Source: a virus
Taxonomy: Duplodnaviria > Caudoviricetes
Length of the DNA stretch: 41,241 bases
Strand: one strand, 5' to 3'
IMG/VR virus record: IMGVR_UViG_3300037484_001808
Coordinates: 1-41,241 of that record
Shown one piece after another: positions 26,990-34,465 of the stretch. Position 1 is the first letter of the stretch. Each line of letters opens with the position of its first letter. A program made the position numbers and the translations under genes. Below the pieces are notes generated by a model. That model did no database searches and was not told the DNA's origin. It saw only the letters and a program-made list of their open reading frames with translations.

Positions 26990-27015
26990 TTTGGTAGGAC
27001 ATCATTTGGGGGAGT

Positions 27016-27045
27016 AAAAAGCCCGGCTCATCACCGGGCTTTTTT
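27016..27045. terminator. Bidirectional intrinsic terminator
   Basis: AAAAAGCCCGG-CTCATCA-CCGGGCTTTTTT between convergent genes. Confidence 0.9.
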
Positions 27046-27082
27046 GCATCTGGGGCCGGTCCGGGGCCGGGAAAATCGGCCC

Positions 27083-27098
27083 CGTTTCACGTGGAACT
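27083..27098. promoter_or_regulatory. parS-like site
   Basis: CGTTTCACGTGGAACT; the inner 14 bp match the bacterial parS consensus tGTTtCACGTGgAACa; intergenic. Confidence 0.7.
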
Positions 27099-27106
27099 AT
27101 CTGTTT

Positions 27107-27322
27107 TCATTGTTCATAGATGGTGCCGAAGGCGGGAATCGAACCCGCGTCCATCTCTTCTCCGTCTTCCATCTTGTCCCGACAATATTCGGAACAATAT
27201 TGCCTCCCAAGATAATCATTGAAAATTGGTATCGAGCGCATTGAGTACCGATCTTCAACCGAATGGAGATCACATCCACACCAATTACAGAGATACGCTA
27301 CTCGTTTGAATTTGTCAGCCAT
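27107..27322 (-). CDS. Small Cys-rich (zinc-finger-like) protein
   Basis: AAGGAG SD; CNWCGC and YCSEYC motifs; low GC. Confidence 0.6.
   Translation of the reverse strand: MADKFKRVAYLCNWCGCDLHSVEDRYSMRSIPIFNDYLGRQYCSEYCRDKMEDGEEMDAGSIPAFGTIYEQ
27121..27152 (-). other. tRNA-like 3' end fragment (T-arm + acceptor strand + CCA; tRNA-Leu/tmRNA-like)
   Basis: Minus strand GGACGCGGGTTCGATTCCCGCCTTCGGCACCA; no matching 5' half seen nearby. Confidence 0.65.
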
Positions 27323-27340
27323 CTTAGCTGCTCCTTCTCT

Positions 27341-27522
27341 CAGAAGGCTTTTAAATTTTTCCTACATGGAATTCATTACACAAAACGGAACAGAAGGCTT
27401 TCAAAATACAAATAATTCCGCGATGATATCGGCCTTTCACGCCGGTAACCGGGGTTCGAATCCCCGTGGGGACGCCAACTTACGAGAGACCAAAAGCCTT
27501 CAGCAGATTTTAGAAGGCTTTT
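27341..27522. repeat. GAAGGCTTT repeats around attP (candidate integrase arm sites; right pair forms a terminator hairpin)
   Basis: CAGAAGGCTTT at 27341 and 27391; inverted AAAAGCCTTC at 27492-27501 and GAAGGCTTTT at 27513-27522. Confidence 0.65.
27428..27477 (+). other. attP: attP core: 3' portion of tRNA-Glu(TTC)
   Basis: TCGGC-CTTTCAC-GCCGG anticodon arm, TAAC, CGGGG-TTCGAAT-CCCCG T-arm, TGGGGAC-G-CCA. No D-arm or 5' acceptor strand. Lies 22 bp from the integrase stop. Confidence 0.9.
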
Positions 27523-28498
27523 TCAAGAGCTCCAGGGCCTCCTTCAGATCCCCCATCCTTTTGAGGTACCTTTCCGTCACCGCCAGGCTGCGATGCCTCA
27601 GGATCTGGCTGATCACCACCATGGGAACATCCCCCTGGGCGAGGACTGACGCCGACAGGTGCCGAATGGCGTGGAATCCGAAATGCCGCACTTTCGCCTT
27701 TCCACAGAGTTTTTTCATCACGTGGATGCGGTAACGGTATTGCCCTCCCCCGGGGGCCGGGAAAACCCACTCTCCGGCCACGAAATCCCGGTGGGCCTCA
27801 AGGGATTGCCGGAGATCCTCCGTCATTGGCAGCCAATCCGCCGCCAATGAGCCGTCCTTGCGCTTTCTGGTCAAGAGCCTTACCATTCCCCTCCCCCAGT
27901 CCAGATCGTCCCATCGCAGCCTGAACAGCTCTGATCTCCGGGCCGCCAGGTGGAGGTAGGCGAGGAGCATGGTCTTATCCTGTCCTTGGGCAATCTCGTG
28001 GACCCTCCAGAAGTCCTCCTCCGGGGGGATATACCGCGCTTGGCGCTCCTCCGGGAACTTTTCGCAAACGGCGACGCATGGGTTGATGATGCCCTTGTAC
28101 CGGGCAAGCCAGGAGAAAAAGGCCAGGAGGTTCTTCCGGTCCTTGTTCGCGGCATAGCCGGACCTCCGGGAAAACTGCTCCTGGAGGTACATCCTGATTG
28201 TATCCGGCTCAATCTTCTGGAGAACGGCCTGGGGATCGACGTGCTGCAGGAATCGTTTAAAAAGATCGCGCTTCTCGGCGAAGACCTTCTGAGCGTGCTT
28301 TGCCTCGGAGAATCCCAGGTAGTCATTTGCCATGCTTAGGAGCGAGGAGGTGGAACGGGTCCGCCATTTTCCCGCGGGAATGTCTTTCTGATCCGATTCC
28401 CAGGAGATCGCATCCGCTTTCAGGGTGAAGACCTTCTGGATTCTCCGCGTCCCCTCCCGGACCTGGCCGATCCATTGCCTTCCCTTTTTCCAGGGCAT
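27500..28498 (-). CDS. int: Tyrosine recombinase / integrase
   Basis: ARRSEL (R), FHAIRH (HxxR), LRH and TERY (Y); GAGGT SD; next to attP. Confidence 0.95.
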   Translation of the reverse strand: MPWKKGRQWIGQVREGTRRIQKVFTLKADAISWESDQKDIPAGKWRTRSTSSLLSMANDYLGFSEAKHAQKVFAEKRDLFKRFLQHVDPQAVLQKIEPDTIRMYLQEQFSRRSGYAANKDRKNLLAFFSWLARYKGIINPCVAVCEKFPEERQARYIPPEEDFWRVHEIAQGQDKTMLLAYLHLAARRSELFRLRWDDLDWGRGMVRLLTRKRKDGSLAADWLPMTEDLRQSLEAHRDFVAGEWVFPAPGGGQYRYRIHVMKKLCGKAKVRHFGFHAIRHLSASVLAQGDVPMVVISQILRHRSLAVTERYLKRMGDLKEALELLKKPSKIC

Positions 28499-28661
28499 GG
28501 ATTACCTCTTTTTCGAAAAAGATGATCCGTTTCCCGATGCGGCGTCCGCCGAGGGATTCATAATGATTGAGAATGGTTTTATAGGAAAGGCCGAGGAAGC
28601 GAGCGAGATCCCTCGGCTGGATGGTAGGACCGAATCTGTCTTGAAGAATGGAAAGGCCCAA
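28323..28661 (-). CDS. Excisionase-like HTH protein overlapping int 5' end
   Basis: TIQPRDLARFLGLSYKTI..GGRRIGKRIIF winged-HTH pattern; TTG start uncertain. Confidence 0.65.
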   Translation of the reverse strand: MGLSILQDRFGPTIQPRDLARFLGLSYKTILNHYESLGGRRIGKRIIFFEKEVIHALEKGKAMDRPGPGGDAENPEGLHPESGCDLLGIGSERHSRGKMADPFHLLAPKHGK

Positions 28662-28744
28662 CCGATTTCTCGACCGGGCCCGGAGCTTGAATGTCTGGAC
28701 AAGAGCATCATATCAAAACTCCAGAAGCCGAGTCAACATTTTTT

Positions 28745-29071
28745 TCAATAGCGATTCATCTCGGTGAGCGAAAAATCCGTGACTGTTCCGTCCCTACCGA
28801 AAGTGACCTCCAGAGTCTTGACCCATGCAGGGCCGAAGGGAACCGGAACCATCTTAACTTCGCTATAGGTCCATTTTTCGTTCCCGTCCGCATTTCGTCC
28901 CTTCGCCATTGGCACGCCGAAGGTCTTCATGATGCTTGCCTTTGTAGATTCGCCCTTGATTATTTTGGTGGAGACGTCCTCATAGCTTTTATCGACGATG
29001 TTTGAACTCCCGTAAGTACAGGAAGCGATTAGGCAAAAAGCGAGAAGAAGAACCAACATTGAGGGTTTCAT
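28745..29071 (-). CDS. BamE/SmpA-like lipoprotein
   Basis: Lipobox IAS/C; IIKGESTKASIMKTFGVP..WTY..LEVTFGRDGTV pattern. Confidence 0.75.
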   Translation of the reverse strand: MKPSMLVLLLAFCLIASCTYGSSNIVDKSYEDVSTKIIKGESTKASIMKTFGVPMAKGRNADGNEKWTYSEVKMVPVPFGPAWVKTLEVTFGRDGTVTDFSLTEMNRY

Positions 29072-29093
29072 TCTTTTTCTCCCTTCCCTTTTT

Positions 29094-29681
29094 TTAGAGC
29101 CAGAATTCATACCAATGGCGCAAAGGCCGATCCTTCGCCATCTCCTTGATGATTTCCAACGTCGCCCGGCAATCACCGAGCGCGGAATGATCACCCTCTG
29201 GGAGCTTATGCCAGCGATAATCGCTTTTTTCGGGGTTCCAATCACCCCGAAAGCGGGCATATCCCCTCATTGCGCAGGCCCACTTTCCCGTGAAGGCCGG
29301 CGCCCCTGTCTTTTCGGCGGTCTGGTTCAGGAGACGGCCGTCAAATTCCGCGTTGTAGCAGACCACCGTACGGCCCTTCAGGATATTCATCAAGGAAGGA
29401 GCGATTTCGGGATAGGTTGGAGCGTCCTTAAGCGTCTTCATCGTTATCCCATGGATATGGGAAGCATTGGTGGGAATCCGGGCGCGGTCGACCGGCCGGA
29501 TAAAAGAATCCAGAAGGACAGTCCCCGCAGTGTTTATTACTGCGACCTGAATGACCTCATCCCAGAGCTTCAAACCGGTCGTTTCCGTATCAAGGATCAC
29601 ATGATGATCCGGATCCGCCAGCACGCCGCGGGCCCACTTTATCATCTCACGCTGGTGGGCAGGATTTGGGTGAGGTCTCAT
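29094..29681 (-). CDS. DEDDh 3'-5' exonuclease (DnaQ-like)
   Basis: ILDTETTG, YNAEFD and HSALGDC motifs; GGAGG SD before ATG 29681. Confidence 0.9.
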   Translation of the reverse strand: MRPHPNPAHQREMIKWARGVLADPDHHVILDTETTGLKLWDEVIQVAVINTAGTVLLDSFIRPVDRARIPTNASHIHGITMKTLKDAPTYPEIAPSLMNILKGRTVVCYNAEFDGRLLNQTAEKTGAPAFTGKWACAMRGYARFRGDWNPEKSDYRWHKLPEGDHSALGDCRATLEIIKEMAKDRPLRHWYEFWL

Positions 29682-29753
29682 GGTGTCCCTCCGTTCGGAT
29701 TTGTTATCCCGGCGTTCCTTTAAGGTCATCATCGAGCTGCTTTAAAAATCGAT

Positions 29754-30176
29754 CTATGTCTTCCCCTCCTGCCCCTTTTGAATAGGGTGGCTGGCCTCCT
29801 TCTTCTCCCAAAGGTCCAGGCCAACCGAAAAGGTATCAATATTGTGAGCCAAAGCTTCAGCGAAGGGAGAGTTCGAGCGAAGGATTTTTTCTGCGGTATT
29901 TTTCAAGGACTCTATTCTCATCTCTCTTCCCTCCAAAGGAATTAGTTTAACCCTCCCTTCTGCTGCAAATGATGTGCCTTCGGGCATGGAAAAATTATCA
30001 TCAAAAGAAACCAAATTTTTATTGCACCATGCAATTATTTCCTTCCAAGGAATACTGCCTCGGTTTTTTCTCTCTTGAAAGGCTGTTCTTTTTAAACCTA
30101 ACCCTTCAGCCACCTTATAGTCCTGGCTAACCCCCATTAATTCTTTAAGTTTTTGTGTGACCAATGTAAAATTCAT
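29754..30176 (-). CDS. cI: CI-like repressor (N-terminal HTH, no evident S24 peptidase domain)
   Basis: KLKELMGV.QDYKVAEGLGL..WK-like RKNRGSIP pattern of 186/P2-type CI HTH; divergent from the cro-like gene. Confidence 0.75.
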   Translation of the reverse strand: MNFTLVTQKLKELMGVSQDYKVAEGLGLKRTAFQERKNRGSIPWKEIIAWCNKNLVSFDDNFSMPEGTSFAAEGRVKLIPLEGREMRIESLKNTAEKILRSNSPFAEALAHNIDTFSVGLDLWEKKEASHPIQKGQEGKT

Positions 30177-30194
30177 ATTTTCTGAATTATTTTC

Positions 30195-30223
30195 TTGACA
30201 AAGTCATAAAATATGTCGATACT
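30195..30223 (+). promoter_or_regulatory. Rightward early sigma70-type promoter
   Basis: TTGACA (30195-30200), 17 bp, GATACT (30218-30223); palindrome TGACAAAGTCA overlaps the -35. Confidence 0.8.
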
Positions 30224-30229
30224 GTATTC

Positions 30230-30457
30230 ATGGACAGTACAAACTCACAAGACAAAGTAATAGAAAGAAAAAAGGCCATGATCGACGCCCGGGCGAAACA
30301 GACGGAGATCGCGCGGGAGACCGGGGTGAAACGGTCCTACGTCAACCAGATTATCCTCGGGAAGTACACGCACCGGGGAGACCGATCCGACCGCATCCGG
30401 GAAGCCATCGCCCGGCGGCTGAACCGCAACTTCGCCGATCTCTGGGGGCCGAATTGA
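30230..30457 (+). CDS. Cro/Ner-like HTH regulator
   Basis: QTEIARETGVKRSYVNQII HTH and IARRL...DLW ending; divergent from cI. Confidence 0.8.
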   Translation: MDSTNSQDKVIERKKAMIDARAKQTEIARETGVKRSYVNQIILGKYTHRGDRSDRIREAIARRLNRNFADLWGPN

Positions 30458-30633
30458 ACCCGACCAGCATTGATAAGACGATTCCCCGAAGCGTATCTTT
30501 TTTGTCAAAAAAAGTAAACAAGTATTTAGTGTCACTTGACCAGCCATCCCCCAATGGGGAGTATTCCCTTTTCCAGCCTATATTTTTTTACTTTCCGCAA
30601 ACAAAAGCACTCAATTTATTTTGAGAGGTTTTG

Positions 30634-30891
30634 ATGAAGCCGTTTTCGACGTTCCTCAGCGACCTGGTTGGCAAGATGGGACAAGGAACCCTGGCCGACC
30701 AGCTGGGGATCGACGGCGCGCTTCTCTCCCGTTTCCGGTCCGGGCAGGGCGCTCTCTGCCAGGAGAAGATAGACAAGATCTTCGAACTGGCGGGGGCGTG
30801 CATCGTCCCCTGCGAGGAAAAGAGAAGGATGGAGGACACCCTGGAAACGATCTCCGATCTATGGAGGAAAGAGCGGAGGAAGGACAGATGA
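30634..30891 (+). CDS. XRE-like HTH protein (CII-like position)
   Basis: QGTLADQLGIDGALLSRFRSG HTH; GAGG SD. Confidence 0.7.
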   Translation: MKPFSTFLSDLVGKMGQGTLADQLGIDGALLSRFRSGQGALCQEKIDKIFELAGACIVPCEEKRRMEDTLETISDLWRKERRKDR

Positions 30892-31166
30892 AAAAATATC
30901 ATTTATGTCTTTCCGTTCGAGGAGCGCTTCTCTGGCCGTCATCTGAAATAAGAAGGGCGATCGGGCCCAAAGGGTGGATAAAACATGACGATGGCAGTCC
31001 TTTTAGGACGCCGGAAGAATTGAAACGGGCCCTGATGGATGAATTGGCGCAGGGCCATGAAGTGATCCCGATGGATAAGGAATGCAACAACTTTGATTTC
31101 AAGCACGGTTGCCTGAGTCATGAGGAGGGAAAAGAAAATGCCAAAAGCGAAGCACAGCAATTTTGA
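30888..31166 (+). CDS. Hypothetical phage protein
   Basis: ATGA coupling; ELAQGHEVIPM..CNNFDFKHGC..H motif. Confidence 0.6.
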   Translation: MKKYHLCLSVRGALLWPSSEIRRAIGPKGWIKHDDGSPFRTPEELKRALMDELAQGHEVIPMDKECNNFDFKHGCLSHEEGKENAKSEAQQF

Positions 31167-31416
31167 TAGCCGTGGAATGCTGCGAGTGGATTGTTCCGAA
31201 TGTTCGCGCGGCGGCAATGGGGAAGACCCCGATAAATGCTCTGCCGGCTGGAAGATTAAACGGGGCGGAAGAGGCATGGGATGTTATATCGGCAAGCTGC
31301 GGGAGGGCCTGACAATAGAGGCCCCCATCACAGCCGTTGAGCGCAGAAGGCTCTTTGCAACGGGGACGGAACGCGGAGGAGTGAAAAATAATTCAGGAGG
31401 TGAGCGATGCCGATAG
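31138..31416 (+). CDS. Cys-rich hypothetical protein
   Basis: CSEC...C...C; GAGG upstream; operon packing. Confidence 0.55.
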   Translation: MPKAKHSNFDSRGMLRVDCSECSRGGNGEDPDKCSAGWKIKRGGRGMGCYIGKLREGLTIEAPITAVERRRLFATGTERGGVKNNSGGERCR

Positions 31417-31655
31417 GGGGATACAAATTATTAGAAGAGGATCTGAAGCGGTTGGACAAGGACTTTACGTATCATCGGCCCAATGAATTGCAGCCGGCGC
31501 GGTATGAGGAAATCCGGGCGGATGGGAAGGCCTTTGCGAAGATGCTGCTGATGGACTGTCCCAGAAGCCGGGAACTGTCGGTTGCTTTGACGAAGATTGA
31601 GGAAGCGGTTTTCTGGGCCAACGCCGCGATCGCGAGAAATGAGGCTCAGGAGTGA
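31407..31655 (+). CDS. Acb2/Tad1-like helical hairpin protein (candidate anti-defence sponge)
   Basis: FTYH.P..Q..RYE.IR and CPRSRELSVALTKIEEAVFWANAAIAR motifs; AGGAGG SD. Confidence 0.7.
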   Translation: MPIGGYKLLEEDLKRLDKDFTYHRPNELQPARYEEIRADGKAFAKMLLMDCPRSRELSVALTKIEEAVFWANAAIARNEAQE

Positions 31656-31819
31656 TCATAATCTGCAGTTGGTGCAAAAAGTGCCAGGGAGAGAAGGAGC
31701 CGCTGGATGACAAGCGGACGACGCACACGATTTGTCCCGTCTGCCTGGAAAATCAGAAATTGGAGAACCAGGAATATTGGCAGCACAATCCACCCGCCGC
31801 CGTGAGCGCGGCCGGTTAA
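31652..31819 (+). CDS. Small zinc-finger protein (55 aa, not in ORF track)
   Basis: GTGA coupling; CSWC...THTICPVC. Confidence 0.65.
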   Translation: MIIICSWCKKCQGEKEPLDDKRTTHTICPVCLENQKLENQEYWQHNPPAAVSAAG

Positions 31820-31839
31820 TAAAAGGGCCCGGGGCTTGA

Positions 31840-32085
31840 ATGTCTGGACAACATCTTCCCCGGGCCAAAAGGGGGGTGACGATGGGAACGGTGGCAAGGG
31901 CGGTTCGCCGGGTGATACGAAAGGAACCCGGCAAATTGTTGAGCCGCGAGATGATCATTGCCCGGCTGAGGGAGCAGATTGCGCAGATGGACCATGAATC
32001 CATCCTGGAACGCCTGAATCAGGGCATGTCGAACATCGAAAGGGAGCTGCTGATCTCCAGGCTGGTGGAAGGAACGAGGGGCTGA
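31840..32085 (+). CDS. Hypothetical protein
   Basis: Co-oriented helical ORF filling the gap; start uncertain. Confidence 0.5.
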   Translation: MSGQHLPRAKRGVTMGTVARAVRRVIRKEPGKLLSREMIIARLREQIAQMDHESILERLNQGMSNIERELLISRLVEGTRG

Positions 32086-32086
32086 T

Positions 32087-32902
32087 ATGGAAGGCAAGAG
32101 CGATTTTACCCGGATCAAGGGCCTGTCCGACAAGCGCCGGCTGCCGCGCCTCGGGAAGATCCGCCTGGGCGTGAAGGCTGTATCCCAGGGCGGGAAGCCA
32201 TACCCGGTGGAGAAGCGCTACTTTATCCTCCCCCCGGAGGTCGCCAAGGTCTACGGCCAGCAGGCGGAGGAGCTGGACGTCATGTTTCCCCTGGAGGACG
32301 AGCGGGTCATCTTCCCTCAGCGCCTGGCTTGGTTCGGCCAGGCACGTGGCCCGAAGTGCATGGGAGACGGGGAGAAGGCCCGCAGGATGAATGACCAGGG
32401 CGGGTACGATGACCGGGCATGCCCATGCGACCTGCTCAAGAAAAAGGAATGCCTGCAGCGCGCCAACCTCCTGGTGATGCTGCCCAAAGTGTCGGTCGGC
32501 GGGATCTACCAGATCGACATCAGCTCCTATCATTCCATCGTCGACCTGAACAGCGGCATCGATTACATCCGGGCCCTCCTGGGCCGGATATCGATGGTGC
32601 CCCTGAAACTCCGGAGGGTCGCCCGTGAAACCCACGGGAGCGGCCGCAAGGAAACCCATTACCCGCTCCAGATAGCGTTCGAGGGGAATCTGGACGCCCT
32701 GATGGCTTTCAAAAAGGGCGCCCTTCGACTGAGCGCGGCCGCGGCCGAACTCGCGCCCGTCGACCTGTCCAACCCCGAGAGCGACCCGGAAGGCACGGAG
32801 GAAAGGGCCCCGGAGGGGAAAGTGATCTGCCCGGACCGCGGGGAAGTTGAGGCGGAGCTCTGCACGCCCTGCCCGGCGCGGCAGGGATGTCCGGCTTGGT
32901 GA
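32087..32902 (+). CDS. Gp3-like (recombination directionality factor-like) recombination protein
   Basis: LPRLGKIRLG, CMGDGEKA, CPC..EC and GGIYQI.ISSYHSI motifs. Confidence 0.7.
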   Translation: MEGKSDFTRIKGLSDKRRLPRLGKIRLGVKAVSQGGKPYPVEKRYFILPPEVAKVYGQQAEELDVMFPLEDERVIFPQRLAWFGQARGPKCMGDGEKARRMNDQGGYDDRACPCDLLKKKECLQRANLLVMLPKVSVGGIYQIDISSYHSIVDLNSGIDYIRALLGRISMVPLKLRRVARETHGSGRKETHYPLQIAFEGNLDALMAFKKGALRLSAAAAELAPVDLSNPESDPEGTEERAPEGKVICPDRGEVEAELCTPCPARQGCPAW

Positions 32903-32917
32903 AGAAGAGGAAATGAT

Positions 32918-33124
32918 ATGAGAACGGATCTGATAGGCGTGGAAACCCGCGCCGGCCTAACGGAGCAGGATATTTTTAGGATGAAGCCCGGGGACAAATT
33001 TGTTTTAAAAGCTGCCAAGCCAGGGTCCAATTTAAAGAAGTTCTGTCATCTCAGGTACATGAGAGATGGGGCAATGGTGCGGATTGAGTTAGTGGAACCG
33101 GGGATTATCCTGATATCCCTGTGA
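32918..33124 (+). CDS. Hypothetical protein
   Basis: GAGGA SD; operon packing. Confidence 0.5.
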   Translation: MRTDLIGVETRAGLTEQDIFRMKPGDKFVLKAAKPGSNLKKFCHLRYMRDGAMVRIELVEPGIILISL

Positions 33125-33145
33125 ATCCAAGAAAGGAAAGAGGAG

Positions 33146-33280
33146 ATGAGAACGATTTATGAAATCTGGGTTGCTTTCGCGGCGGTGATCACACGGGCGT
33201 TGAGACCCCGGGATTTTCTGGATCTCCCAATAGACCGAAGGCTGATGGCATCCTCCAACGCTATTAGCCGGATCTTGTAA
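33146..33280 (+). CDS. Small hypothetical protein (44 aa, not in ORF track)
   Basis: Purine-rich SD; MRTIYEIWVAFAAVITRALRP... Confidence 0.4.
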   Translation: MRTIYEIWVAFAAVITRALRPRDFLDLPIDRRLMASSNAISRIL

Positions 33281-33291
33281 GGAGACTCGCG

Positions 33292-33492
33292 ATGATGACC
33301 TCTCGATGCTGCAAATCCGATGTCGTTGCAAGCCTCGATGAAAAGGGAGGAATGCTCTTTGTTTGCGTTGGATGCGGTGAAAACTGCGAGGCGGATACCG
33401 ACCTGAAATTCCTCCCCGAATCACGTCATTCGGCCCCCGTCCGGATTCCCCGACTGTCAGGTTCCCCGGGGGATGCCCGCAAGGGCGGGTGA
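33292..33492 (+). CDS. Small Cys-rich protein
   Basis: AAGGAG SD; SRCC..V...CVGCGENC zinc-ribbon pattern. Confidence 0.6.
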   Translation: MMTSRCCKSDVVASLDEKGGMLFVCVGCGENCEADTDLKFLPESRHSAPVRIPRLSGSPGDARKGG

Positions 33493-33505
33493 TCTTCAAC
33501 GGAAT

Positions 33506-33531
33506 GGTAGGGGCGTTTCTCCTAAACGCCC
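33506..33531 (+). repeat. GTAG-type REP-like palindrome, divergent third copy
   Basis: GGTAG-GGGCGTTT-CTCCT-AAACGCCC, intergenic. Confidence 0.55.
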
Positions 33532-33544
33532 GAAAGGAGGGGCG

Positions 33545-33967
33545 GTGTGGATCATCGATGGATTGATAAAAACCTATGTCTGTATAGCGATCATCGTCCT
33601 GGCCGTCCTGTATCTCGCCTTTTGCTTGGTCTTTGGGCTGCTGGCCTTGCTTGCGGAATTAGTTCTCTCCTTGAACTCGCCGGTCTCTGGAAAGCGGTGG
33701 AATTATGGTTCCGGTGAGATTTACCATCCCCGGGGAGCCAGTCCCTTACCTGCGTATGACCCAGGGACAGGTGAAGCTGATGCGGATTCCCGACTTTCGG
33801 CTGCGACCCGATGGCTTGCGAATCAAGCAAAGGATTCGGGCTTATCTGGCCTACAAAGACCTGGGTTTCAAGTGCAGCATGGGCCAGGCGATCGACCGGG
33901 CGCCAAAGAAGAAGGTTTTCATGGACGTGATGATCTACTTCTCCACCGGCCGGCACGGCGATCCTGA
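33545..33967 (+). CDS. Putative membrane protein overlapping rusA
   Basis: AAGGAGG SD before GTG 33545; long hydrophobic N-terminus; the C-terminal part overlaps the next gene. Confidence 0.4.
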   Translation: MWIIDGLIKTYVCIAIIVLAVLYLAFCLVFGLLALLAELVLSLNSPVSGKRWNYGSGEIYHPRGASPLPAYDPGTGEADADSRLSAATRWLANQAKDSGLSGLQRPGFQVQHGPGDRPGAKEEGFHGRDDLLLHRPARRS

Positions 33968-34091
33968 GAACATCCGGAAGGGGATCCAGGATGCGATTTA
34001 CACACAGGACCGGATGGTCGCGGGCTCGGTGGACTTCGATTTGGATTTGATGAATCCCCGGGTGGAAGTGGAGATCAGGGAGGAAAAATGA
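33705..34091 (+). CDS. rusA: RusA-like Holliday junction resolvase
   Basis: FTIPGEPVP, DPENIRKGIQDAI..QDRMV and NPRVEVEI motifs. Confidence 0.8.
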   Translation: MVPVRFTIPGEPVPYLRMTQGQVKLMRIPDFRLRPDGLRIKQRIRAYLAYKDLGFKCSMGQAIDRAPKKKVFMDVMIYFSTGRHGDPENIRKGIQDAIYTQDRMVAGSVDFDLDLMNPRVEVEIREEK

Positions 34092-34465
34092 TAGGGCCGC
34101 GCATCATGGCTGAAATCAAGGAGCAGATCGGCAAGCTCCTGGACCGGTACCTTTCGGAAATCGACCAGGCTTATTTGAGCTCGGAGGCGGGGTTGAAGAT
34201 ATCCCTTCCGGTCAAAATCGGGCCCTCCGACCGACCGGGGTTCGAGGCCATCGAAGGGATCTCCTTTGTCCAGAAGAAGGTGAAGCAGTCCATCACCAAA
34301 TACGTGAGCGAGGCTCAGGACCCGCTGATTAAGAAGATCGACACTGTACTTAAAGATTCCAAGGCATTCGAAAGATTGAGGCCTCGGAAGGGCAGCACGA
34401 TAGACAGTGTGACTATCAGCCATTCTGTATCTGGCGAGTCCGTCACTTTGGAGCAGCCGAAATGA
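34088..34465 (+). CDS. Hypothetical protein
   Basis: ATGA coupling; GGAGG SD. Confidence 0.65.
   Translation: MIGPRIMAEIKEQIGKLLDRYLSEIDQAYLSSEAGLKISLPVKIGPSDRPGFEAIEGISFVQKKVKQSITKYVSEAQDPLIKKIDTVLKDSKAFERLRPRKGSTIDSVTISHSVSGESVTLEQPK

Noticed and set aside
27428-27477. Complete tRNA-Glu gene
   Set aside because: Upstream sequence lacks the 5' acceptor strand (GTCCCC) and D-arm; it is an att core fragment
27121-27480. Complete tmRNA or tRNA-Leu gene on the minus strand
   Set aside because: No complementary 5' acceptor strand (GCCGAAG) found upstream on that strand within this interval
28323-28661. Programmed frameshift fusing xis and int
   Set aside because: int is in the +1 frame relative to xis and has its own GAGGT SD and ATG; a simple overlap suffices
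32900-32920. Second Sec/readthrough site: TGA of the Gp3-like gene is in frame with the next ORF
   Set aside because: Purine-rich SD-containing spacer with no SECIS-like hairpin; the next gene has its own start
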